Source: Octopus sinensis (Eukaryota). From it: a DNA stretch of 64,000 bases. This document shows positions 28,261 to 40,403 of this stretch, in pieces (position 1 is the first letter of the stretch; every line of letters starts with the position of its first letter). A program made the translations under genes and the position numbers. The stretch covers positions 106,516,001 through 106,580,000 of the forward strand of contig NC_043000.1 in assembly GCF_006345805.1 (NCBI RefSeq). Direction: 5' to 3'. Under the pieces are notes generated by a model. That model worked only from the letters and a program-made list of their open reading frames with translations, did no database searches and was not told the origin of the DNA.

Positions 28261-29489
28261 ATATAATGAAGATGGCTAGCTTTGTTGATTGAGATACTTG
28301 ATAGTCAAATGTGGTGACGCTTGTTACACGTACTCCAGGTTTGTCTCTTACATATCAATATGGGATTCAAGGTATTCGAAGTCACTGATCCCTTAGCCTA
28401 TAAAGCTCTAAATCTGTTTACTTAACTTCTACTTCTTTTTAAGAATTAGATTTAGATATTAACATTACTTGTATGTCGTGGCTGTGTGGTAAGATGTTTG
28501 CTTCCCGACCAAAGGTTTCCGGGTTCAATCTCACTACGTGACATATTGGGAAGTTTTTAAGGTAGCGAGCGGGCAAAATCGTTAGCACGCAGGGCAAAAC
28601 AGCGGTATTTCGTCCGTCTTTACGTACTATGCTCAAATTCCGCCGAGGTTGTCTTTGCCTTTCATCCTTTTTGGGGGTCGATAAAATAAGTAACAGTTGA
28701 GCACAGGAGTCGTTGTAATCGACTTACTCCCTCACCCGGAATTGCTGGCCTTGTGCCAAAATTTGCAATCAAGATTACAAGTGAAGATACAGTAGCATTT
28801 GAAATTAGGAATCGAAACCGATGACCAACGCTTGTTGTTGTCATTCTAGTGAAGTTGAACTTTGTTGTGACCATTTTGACTTCAGGCTATGGACTACGGT
28901 TTCTAATTTATCTTCCCTTTTTGTGATTCGAGAGAGATTTGGCTACTGTTTCCAGCGAGTCTAGTGACTATGTAGAGGCTACTACATTTGCTTTCAGTGT
29001 TTATTCTCTTGTATCGAGAAAATAAGCGCCACCTATTTCATTGAAATAATGGGAAATAGGACGATGCGTTATTCAAGCGTCACCAACGTGCACAAATAGA
29101 TTTGTTTATATTTATTCATTTTAACCAGTCTGTGCCATACCACATATCCACGACCGCGATGGTATATTCTGATTTTTCAAGGTAGTGAAACAACATACAA
29201 ATACACATGCACATAAGCCTACACTGTTTCAACACGCATGCTGACCTGTCCATACGTACATCAGGCCCTTTTAACGAAAACACAATAGCTCGTTTAAACG
29301 GAATACACACGTATTCAAAATAAAATACAGAGCTACTGAAACACAACGTGTTTTTTCCTTTCATTCTTTTAAGTATCAATATATAAAGAGAAATAAAATA
29401 CTTTTACCCGAAGGGCCATGCTGTGGCGAAACTAATTGTTGCAATATAAAGACGAAATATCCAGCAATTACATACATACATATACATAT

Positions 29490-29795
29490 ACTTGGTCGGT
29501 TATGAAGACGAGGGTTCCAGTAGGTTCGATCAACGGAACAATCTGCTCGTGAAATTAACGTACAAGTGGCTGAGCATTCCACAGATACGTGTACTCTCAG
29601 GGAGATTCAGCGTGACGCTGGATGTGACAAGGCCAGCTCTTTGAAATACAAGTACAACTCATTTTTGCCAGCCGAGTGGACCGGAACAACACGAAATAAA
29701 GTGTCTTACTCAAGTGCACAAAGCGTTGCCGGGAATTGAACTCACGACCTTACGATTGTGAGCAGAATACCCGAACCGCTAAGCCACGCGCCTTC
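29490..29795 (-). mobile_element. tRNA-derived SINE (family C)
   Basis: Minus-strand head GTGGCTTAGCGGTTCGGGTA..GAGTTCAATTCCC and GTGCACTTGAGTAAGACACTTTATTTC core; relatives at 21650, 30900-31200, 44520-44690 and 45680-46010. Confidence 0.78.
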
Positions 29796-29796
29796 A

Positions 29797-29855
<59 letters not shown>

Positions 29856-30095
29856 GCAGTCTAGTCACAGTTCATGTATTTGTGTATGATGTTGATCCTA
29901 GTGCTTATAGTTTTAATGAAGTGTGCAAAGTTCTGATAGTTTGTATGACATGCTTTCCGTTAGCCGTTTCCTTGTCTGTGTTGTCTATCATTCTCTTTGC
30001 CAAAACTCCCGTCTATTAGGTATACAAATCTGGCAGGTGATCAATCCATTTGCATCAATACTGGCAGTGGATCTGTCTCCCTCCCTCCCTCCTCA

Positions 30096-30150
<55 letters not shown>

Positions 30151-31564
30151 AAATGTATAAATAAATATGTATATATGTGCACACAAATACACGTGTGTAG
30201 AGTGGGTGAGTATTCGACAGCTGCTACTTTTTTTGCCACCTACAAATTTACGCAAACTCACACACACACGCACACACACACACACGCACGCACGCACGTA
30301 CACACACACACACACATACATACACACACACGCGCGCACAATACTGGAAATCGTCCGCTTTCTTTATATGAAAATTTGCCATTTGCCGATACAGATCATC
30401 GGATTCGGTTTCACTGTGATGTTCGTATCAATATTATCTATTCAAAGAAAGTTGTTTTTAACCCGAAGTCGACCGCTTACCAAATGCATTTCAATCGTGA
30501 CCAATTCATCTTTTTTTCCTTTTGAATATAATGTTCTTTATTTTGGACAACGTAGGGGTTATATTTGAGGGAGATGTGATCACTATTTCTAGCAGGTTGA
30601 GAGCCCACTTTAAGGCCCCTTCACTGACTCCATTTAAAGCTTCATTTATGCATCAAGGATGATGAGTTAGTTCTGTAGTAATCTCTTTGTTCGAAAATGG
30701 ATTGACAGGAATTGTAGAACGAGAGGCTTGTAGTATTTAATTATGTCGCTTTTTTTTCTGAGTTCAAACCCAACCGTGGTCAACGCTACCTTTTATTCTT
30801 CTGAGGAGAGAAGAATAAAGTACCAGTTAGATACTGTAGTCGGTTTGATCGCCTAAGCCCTTACCTCTAATTTTGTGGTATTGCGCTTCTGTTAGTGATC
30901 ATTATTACTTCTAGGAATCACTGACCCGGGTAGGCAGTGTTTCTCCTAGTTTGTTCCTTCTCGAGCCATGCCTGGTTCCCAACTGCCGGTCCATCGCAGG
31001 TGAGCTGCAAAATGCAGGAGGAAAGAGTGAGAGAAAGTTGTGGCGAAAGAATCAGCAGAAGTTTCGCCATTACCTTCTTCCGGAGCCTCGTGGAACTTAG
31101 GTGTTTCGCTCATAAACACACACATCGCCCGGTCTGAGATTCGAACCCGCGATCCATCGACCGCGAGTCCGCTGCTCTAACCACTAGGCTATGTGCCCCC
31201 ACAAAATGTTTCTCCTGGTTTATGTAGAGTGTATACTCTCTCTCACCTTTTTATATATACAGGACTGCATTGTTTAATGTGTCCTTTCCTAACTTAAAAC
31301 GAAGTGCAACTTTATGAAATTGCGAAAATTGAGAGGGAGACGGAAATTTTTCTGAAATAAGGTTTATGAGAGAATCGAAGAAAAAAAAAAAGAGAAAAAA
31401 AAAAGAAAGAAAAGAAAAATGTTGAAATATGCTATAACTCTTCAATTACTTTTAAATATCTATAAGAAAAGCTGAAACAAATATATAGTGAAATAACTTT
31501 ATCGTACAGAATCCTTTTCAAAATTAATAAATAGCGAAATAGCTTTAAAATATTTAGTAAAAAT

Positions 31565-31845
31565 TACATTATTTACATATGACGGATATTTGTCCTCATC
31601 TTGTTTGCTGTTAACACAACGTTTCGGCTGATATACCCTCCAGCAAGTGTCTTGGGGAAATTTCGAACCTGGGTTCTCATTCTTGAGGTATTTTTCGATG
31701 ATTTTATTCAGGTCACTACCTGGAATCGAACTCGGAATCTTGGGGTTAGAAGCCCGTGCTCTTAACCACTACGCCATATGCCTGTGGGCAATTCGGGAGT
31801 GACAAGCTGAGGACAAATATCCGTCAAAAGTAAATAATGTACATA
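31565..31845. mobile_element. Element with about 35-bp terminal inverted repeats and a broken hammerhead remnant
   Basis: ACATTATTTACATATGACGGATATTTGTCCTCA versus TGAGGACAAATATCCGTCAAAAGTAAATAATGT. The minus strand has GCTGGAGGGTATATCAGCC-GAAAC-GTTGT but no CUGANGA. Confidence 0.65.
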
Positions 31846-33667
31846 ATACCTCATCTCTTAAATATAGAATAGTGTTAGTAAAAATTGTCAAATATGGAAG
31901 TATTTCGAAATGATATTCTCTCTATAAATGAAATATATATATTTTCATTTTTCCTTTTAAATTATAATTGATATAATAATATTGTTATAAAAACGAAAAT
32001 CTTTGTATGCTAGAGTAGTGGGTAGAAATAGCAAAGAAAGGAATCTAAGTTTAAAGATATGGGGTGGGGGAACCTATAAGAACGGTGATAGCAGAGTATG
32101 AAAGCTGTAGATTTCGAGCAAAAGTGGTGTTTAAAATATACAATAATAGCAACATTCTTTGAAATTTATTAAAACTGGAATTTTAATGATTTTTTAAAAG
32201 TAATTTTAAATTGATTCAAAATGTTTCAGTTTTGGTTACATACATAAATATACTTACCACATAATCATTATATTTTACTCGACAATACTCAATAACGATA
32301 CACAACAGCGAAGATGCTAACAGTACACATAATAACGAGAAATACCTTTCATTGTTAATTTATTCTTCTGCTCTATTTTCATTTTACTCTTCAAACATTA
32401 CTTACCGAAGTTATTCGCAACTCCTTTGGCTGTCAAAAATCTCATTATTAATTATCCCAAAAAATGTATACTTTTTTTCTTAACTCGGCTGATTATTTAC
32501 TTTTCCTAGTGTCTTAGAGTAAACAGGTATGTTTAATTATTAAATCGTAATTAAAAGTAAACAGTTATCAGTTACTCCAATTATTACGCACTTTTCCATG
32601 AACCAACGAAGGAATCATCTGTATGGTCAGTGCAGATGCTAAATATATCAGCTAAGTCTCCCTTATGTAACTCTACAGCCTTAATGAAAAATACGTATTA
32701 TGTAACGTAGTCTTAGATACATTATATCTGGATACAAAGGGGAGCGCGTCATCCTTTTTATCGTATTTCTATTTGATCAGGACTTCTCTGGGATTAAACA
32801 ACACTTTTTAAAAGAGCCAATGAAAGAAACATCTACACAGTCATTTGACCTACGAGAAATAGCAGCCAGATCTTGATCTGAATACATCAAAAGATGAGAG
32901 ATGAAGGCTGGGAAATCCTTAGTCATAAGTTTGTTCGATCAGAGATAACTAGAGCAGCTACAAGAAGAGGAAGAAAAATACTAGAAACAGTAGAATACTT
33001 ATTTGTGGAAGAAGTCTGTAAAATTCAATGAATCTTTGGGTTTCTGAAAGTATTTTATCGTGCTATGAATGCAGAATGGTTAAGAAGTTTGCTTCTGCAA
33101 TCACGAGCTCCTGAGTTCGATATCGCAACGTAGTTTCTTAGCCATTTTTTTTTTTACCAAAGTCTGAGGGTGATCGTAGCCTTACGAGTGAAATTAGGTC
33201 CATGGAAGCTGTATGGAAGACTGGCGGATTGGTTCTACCTGTACTTAAAAGGTCTGGGCTTGTCATACTGGTACCTATCGAGAATTAAGTTAAAGGAATA
33301 TGTGTATATGGAATGCTAAACCACTTATAGGAAATTTAATGAGTAGGGAGTTGAGATGATCGAAGGACTGAATATTCAATAAAGAACTTCAGCTTTCTTT
33401 CTAAATGATACTTGCAGAAGTTAAGGGGAGCTTGGTCAAGGAAGGAAGATGATCTTTAGTACTGTTGTTATTTTCTACTATGCAATCTCTTTTGTTATAG
33501 CCGCTCCTTTTCTCCCCTGTCGCATTCATCGATAACACTAATATGGTATATTGTCAGTAAGTCATTTACTAGAAACACGATCATTTCCGGATAAGATATA
33601 GAATATATAATCTCTTCATTTCAACATGTAGCTTCGTTTTATTTTCCTCTGCATTTTTATCTGCACT

Positions 33668-33754
<87 letters not shown>

Positions 33755-34347
33755 TATATATATACATGCACATGTACATACACGCGCACAAATATATATG
33801 TACATGTATGTGTATGCATATGTGTGTTTGTATGCATGCACATGTATGCATATGTTAAATATTTCAAGATGCAGAGAAAATAAGATACACCATCAATTCT
33901 CATCCATTTGTAGTTGTGAGGCTGACTGTCTAAACTGCCTCTCGTCTACTTAACAGTTACCATCCCTGTTCTACTACAACAGAGGAAGCATATACATACA
34001 TACATACATACATACATACATACATACATACATACATACATACATACATACATACATACATGCATACATACATGCATACATACATATATATACATGTATA
34101 TATGTGTATGCATGTATGTATACATACATGTAATCATTTACCTGTTTATTATTAGACTGCGTCCATGCTAGGGCATGGCTTGGAAGAATCGACTTATTTT
34201 TTTTAAGCAAGGTATTTATTCTATTGTTCTCTTTTGTCAAACCGCTAAGTTACGGGGACGTAAACACACAAACATCGGTTGTCAAGCGGTGGTGAGGGAC
34301 AAATACAGAGGCAATCACACTTACATATATACATACATATACATATA

Positions 34348-34562
<215 letters not shown>

Positions 34563-35748
34563 GTATATATTCGACGGGCTTCATTCAGTCTCTGACTACC
34601 AAATCCGCTCCCAAGGCTTTGGGCGGACCGAAGACTAGTACTTATTGCATCGGAATCTTTTGCCAAGCCGCTAAGTTACGGGGGCGTAAACACATCACCA
34701 TCGGTTGTCAAGCGATAGTGGGGTCACAAACACAGACATACAAACATACACACACACACACACGCACACACACATGCACACACGTACACACACACACACG
34801 TACACACACACACACACACACATGACAGTCTTCTTTCTGTTTCCACGTAATATAACAATAATAATAATACCACCAAAGCATCTACAAGGAAAACATGTGT
34901 TCACGTGATACTGCATGTTCACGTGATACCGTGTGTTCATATTTTCATAAACCTTATAACAATATTTTAAGAGAGCGAATTGAAAGGGCTGTAGGAGCTT
35001 TCTGACAGCATGTAACGCTATTTATTCTAGCTTTCTGGTCCCTAATTCTAATCCCGCCGTATGTATGTGTATGTCCGTTTGTTTACTTTTCAGTAACTTA
35101 ACGCTAAACAAAAAGGGTCTGGTACCATAAGTATCAGACATAAAAAATAAATAAGTACTCCCAGGGACCATTTGTGCGAGTAGAACACTTCGAGTTAGTG
35201 CTCCAGCATAGCTACAGTCCAATGACTAAATAAAAGGAAAGCTCCATTTGTTTATACAGTCATAGCGTTTCTAGAACTACATAATCCCTTTATAAGAAAG
35301 ATGTGATTTGAAGGAGACTTGACTGAAATTTCTAGCAAATAAGGCAACCATACAGAAGCTTCCTTATTGGCTCGTAGTAGAGTGGAAATTTCGTCGATGT
35401 GCCAACAAAAAGACAAAAATTCGAAACACACCAAGCGCTCATAATTTTGTATAGATTTTACTTAAATGCAAATATGTATTCGCTGTTCAGTTTTTGGCTT
35501 AACATCAATATATTATGCTAATATATTTACGTTGATTCGTTTACGTTAATACACTTATGGTAATTGTAAAACACACACAAGCGCATATACACACGCAGAT
35601 CTTTACTCACAAAGAAATAATTTACGGTTGCTATGAATCAGATAGCTACTTGATGCAATACAGCGCAGTTGGCACCCGTGAAATCAATTAGTCTGCAGGA
35701 ACAATTTCTGGCAAATATTGAACAACAACAACAACAACAACAACAACA

Positions 35749-35798
<50 letters not shown>

Positions 35799-35918
35799 AG
35801 CAACAGCAACAGCAACAGCAGGGGCAGCAGCAGCAACACCAACAACAACAACAACAACAATAATCTAATTCATAGAAGCTATTCAATCATAATTCTAACC
35901 TATTATATAGGAAACATT

Positions 35919-35979
<61 letters not shown>

Positions 35980-36149
35980 TAATAATAATAATAATAATTC
36001 TTTAAATTTATTTGCCTCAAGGAACCATTCTTTCGTGCAGTGCGCTACAAAAATGGTTTACAGGACAGGACATACAATATTATGTAAAATATGGGCGAGG
36101 CAAAAAACATATATCTAGATAATTAAAATTAGTAATATTATCATAAAAT

Positions 36150-36561
36150 CTACAGTAACACCCACCCTTAGTGGTGAGCCATATTGAGATGGCTAGTATA
36201 CTTTACGTTGTCGAGCGGTTACTGTTTACATCTCGCTCAGAGATTTATTATTGCTTTCAGACAGTTTTTCGAAATCAGTGACAGAAGTCACAGGAAAAAC
36301 ATTAAATAGATATTTGCAAACAGGTCTCTCTTCATCGAAAACCGGTGATTACCGTACGTTGACAAGAGGCAAATACCTCGAAACTGCAGTTCGTGCGTAT
36401 AACTTAGGTTTACGAGAGAGGGATGACCTCCCTTTGCAAATATCATAAGGGCACAGAAAGTGTGCCTAAAGCCAGCTGGAGACGATGATCTCCTGGGGCT
36501 AAAAGCTACAGTAACACCCACCCTTAGTGGTTAGCCATATTGAGATGGCTAGTATACTTTA
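36150..36561 (+). mobile_element. Small hammerhead-bearing element: 356-bp unit with 56-bp terminal direct repeat (retrozyme/PLE-like)
   Basis: 36150-36205 equals 36506-36561 with 1 mismatch; internal HHR; no ORF; homolog at 13588-13810. Confidence 0.75.
36341..36410 (+). ncRNA. Extended type I hammerhead ribozyme, U3:A8 core variant
   Basis: CGTACG-TTGACAA-GAGG(CAAATA)CCTC-GAAAC-TGCA-GTT-CGTGCG; 6-bp stem I, palindromic stem III ACTGCAGT, predicted cleavage after 36391. Confidence 0.82.
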
Positions 36562-37391
36562 TATATTTACTTATATATATAAAACACAGGATATGTGTCT
36601 GTGTTTGTCATGTCATCCGATTTTAATGAAATTTTACACATGCATTACAAAGGGTCTATGAAGTGTCATAGGCCAAAACATTTTCAACATCTTGCCTAAT
36701 GCGGGCCCAGAGGCAGATAAAACGCATTTTAAAAGCATTTTCGTAGAGTTAAGCCCGTAACTTGAAGAGTATCCGGTCGCTTTTTTCCAAATTTGCAACC
36801 AACATTAATCACGCTCTTCGAATTGCTGCTGACTAAAAGAAATTAATCAGATTTGAGTATACTGCACTGGGTTTTATTTTTGTTGTAGGCCATTTTCAGA
36901 CGATAAAATATTGACACTATTTATGCATTATAAGTAGCGTATAATATTTCATGAAAACCTTTTTTGTCAAATTTGGCAGCGGAAATGAGAACATTGAAAT
37001 TTTTGTCGCCGCCCTGTTGATGCTTCATGTTACATCACGCTCACCACCGGGCTGTGTGTGTATGTGTGTGCGTGTGCGGCTGGGTAAAGGCACAATAAAC
37101 CCATTCATCCATTCTCCAGAAGTTCCCTGTTGATGTTTCACGTTTCCAATCCTGCGCAACGCAGTATGGCCCGGCAGTATACCTGCCATCTATATCATCG
37201 ATGTCTGAACTATATAATGCAAAATGTTCATACAAAAAAAGAAAAAGAAAAAAAGACAAACAAACAAACAATCTGTGGTTGTGATCTAAAGCCATTTGGA
37301 TTTGACCGCGTGACCACTTCCGGAAGCTACGCTCGCCACCTGGAATTAGTCTCCCCCTGTATTCCCTCCCTCGTTTAGTCGGATGAGTAAA

Positions 37392-37882
37392 TACAGGGTG
37401 TCCCAGAATTAATGATGAATTGAGTGAAATTGGATGCAGGTTTTTTAAAACACATTTATGTTTATCATGTTTAATATGTGCTAAGAGTGTTTAAATTTTG
37501 AATTTTGTTTATAATTTTATTTTCATTCCTGTTGGACCCCTCTTGTTTGTCCACGACAGCTTTTTTCAATTTGGTAGCAATTACTTTTTTTTACCTCCAT
37601 CCCCAAGATGGAGCCATCGTTTAGCTGAGCTTAAAGAACACATTCAGTTAGCAGTGCAGGAGCTAACTCCTGAAATGCTTCAAAATGCATTTCACAACAT
37701 TAAGGAGACATTTGAAGTATGCAGGGATACAGATATGTAGAAAATTTTCAATAAAAGTTTGACGTAAAATTTATAAATCGATTTGTTTTGGTATTATAAT
37801 TAAGTAATAAACATAAAATTCTGTCAGTTTTTTAAAAATTTGCTCAATTTCATTGAAACATATTTAATTCTGGAACACTCTA
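37392..37882 (+). mobile_element. Internally deleted Tc1/mariner element
   Basis: TA-CAGGGTGTCCCAGAATTAA and TTAATTCTGGAACACTCTA imperfect TIRs; transposase C-terminal remnant LAELKEHIQLAVQELTPEMLQNAFHNIKETFEVCRDTD. Confidence 0.8.
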
Positions 37883-38549
37883 TTTGGTGTAGCGTTGTTA
37901 ATTGTTACGTTGCTCAAGTAAATATTAAAATCGAAGGTCTTCTCGCTGTAAACATCTCATCTTTTTGTTAAGCATATTCTATCAAGAAGTATATTATCCA
38001 AAATGCATCTGTTCTTTATAGTCGTGGCTGTGTGGTTGGGAAGCTTGCTTTCTAGCCATGTCGCCTTGGGTTCAATCTCACTGGTAGGCAATTACAGCTC
38101 CGTGCCGACCAAAGCCTTGTCTATTATATAATTGGCATTACTGTATTGATATATAAAACTCACTTATTATTATCATATAATAAACAAACATGAGTTCGTG
38201 TATGAAATTGATATTTTTTTCTACGTCAATTATTAAGTTTTTTCTTATGAAATACACACATACAGGAAGAGTAAATCTCTCTATATAGAATAACACTTTG
38301 AATGTGACTCCCCAGAAAAAGTAAAAGTAATTACCCGATCATCGACGGGTATTACTGCTAGTATAAAATAAAATTAAATAATGGCAACCTAGCCTTATTT
38401 GATTTAATTTCAAGTAACCGAGCCAGTATTATCCAATGAGAAACCGTCAGCTGGGTTTGATCAAGGCACCTTAAGCCCCCGAGGATTTTCTGTTTCAATG
38501 TTCTCTGTATCTATATACTAAAACCGTTCAGTTTCAAAAATATCTGTAA

Positions 38550-39900
38550 GCAACTCAGGTGTTGGGGTGGGTAAGAAAGGGCCTATGTTTTGATAGCTAA
38601 GGTTTTATTATTCATAAACTGTGAAGTTGGTTTTTATTATCAATCTGCAGATTAGTCACAGATTGTAAGTTTCATATAGTCACAGATTGCTAGTTTCATA
38701 TAGTCAAAGCCCATATCTTTTTTAGTTTGCACATTATCTATTATTTCTGTAGTCCGTTCTGTTTGCCTATCAGTCACTCGTTGGTGATCGAAAGACTGAA
38801 CTTTGTTATGAGATGAGTTCCTTTTCCCATATTCTTAGTTTTCTGTCTTGGTTCAGTATAATTTTGGTTCTTTTTTCTCTCCTCCCCGCCTTACCACGAT
38901 AGTTTACAACACCCACCTATCATTCACCTCCTCACCACAGTCACAAGACATGGGGTGGTGCTGATCGTTATGGCCGGAGAAGGAAACTTCTTACTGTCGA
39001 GTTCTGGTATTGAGGACAAAGCAAATTTCTTTCATTAGCCTTGGAACTGAAACCAGTGATGTAACTATTGATACTCTAGAAACCACAGATTCCGTAAGCC
39101 GTTGTTGTTAATGTCGTTCTTGTTCTCTGACCGCCAATGTTTCTCACTGTCCCACTTTCTCTGGCTATTTTATCTGGGCAGAAAAATCCTAAAATGGCCC
39201 TTACTTCAACATTGGGGTTTCTGCCCTGTACTGTAATGATTATCACCTTTCTCTCTGCACCGACAATGGAGTAGTACATCTTCGAGAATGTTCTGTGATA
39301 TTTTGGAGTCCTTACGATCTGTATGTCCATGCGAACCCCACATAACTCCATATAACTACATTCATTTGATGGCAACCCAGCACTCACCACCTGCCCATAC
39401 TGTTATAAAAAGATGGCGAGTATCTTGCTGTGATTTTTATATTACATAATTCCATGTTTTGTATCATTTGGCATATTGGCATATGTGTGACTCTCCAATT
39501 TATCTTATCTCATCTTCAGTTTTGCAGGCCAGACACACATATATCTTGGCCGTTCGATAGAAACAACATTGTTCTACGCATCAGACAGGGCTTCTTTTAA
39601 CTGCTCCCTTGATGGAATATTGAAAGCCCTTCTGTTTTGCAACACGTTGAAGTATTGTTATTTCGATAGGTAGAAGTATTGTCATTTCCTTTTTGGTCTG
39701 TCTTTGATAAGTTAGAACTTCCTAAGAAACATTTTCCAGGTTATTATTTATTTTTCGGAGAGCCAACCTCTGTTTATTGGCTCTCTCTGGCTGCTAACAA
39801 TAGCCATGCTGTTGTGACAGTCTCCGTTCTGAAAATTTATGTAATCGCCACTTGTATATACTGCAGTGAGTAACGACTCGCTGGTGGAATTGTCATTTTC
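38550..39900 (-). pseudogene. Decayed Tx1/L1-clade ORF1 (RRM-like segment and zinc knuckle)
   Basis: ..LAIFL*QYGQVV.. and TVQGRNP followed by a frameshifted C..KGH....CP knuckle. Confidence 0.6.
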
Positions 39901-40364
39901 TCAAAGTATTTTATAAAGTCTATTTATAATTGTATCGGCTTGTTTAGGTGCCAACATTCTTTGTTAGTCACATCTTTGTAAATGCACGTTTTTGTTTCCA
40001 TAATTTGGAAAAATCATACTCGAAACTCTCGGCGGTGTATATGCTGCCAACGTCTTCGCGGTTACAACCTCTTACGGTTTCCCCAGACTAAAAAAGCCGT
40101 ATTGAAACACAGGTATACGAATGCTTGCATAAACAAACCTTATTTTTCCGCTCCAAGGTAATTGAGGTGGACATTGAAATAGGCCAAAGTCATTTGTTGG
40201 GAAAATAATTCTCCAAAGTAAAATTTAGTAATAATTCAAATTCCCCTAAGCGAATCTAAGACAAGTTCTCGCATGCCAACAAGACAATAATAATATTGAT
40301 AATAATAATAATAATGATGATGATGATGATGATGATGATAATGATGATAATAATAATAATAATA

Positions 40365-40400
<36 letters not shown>

Positions 40401-40403
<3 letters not shown>

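Noticed and set aside
33501-33556. 56-nt plus-strand exon candidate (TTGTTATAG|...|GTAAGT)
   Set aside because: Isolated, two frames open, no partner exons or homology; such matches are expected by chance in AT-rich DNA.
35669-35863. Poly-Q/poly-L ORF and the antisense LIDFTGANCAVLHQVAI segment
   Set aside because: Driven by (CAA)n/(CTA)n/(CAG)n trinucleotide repeats with a non-ATG start; the short antisense peptide has no recognisable homology.
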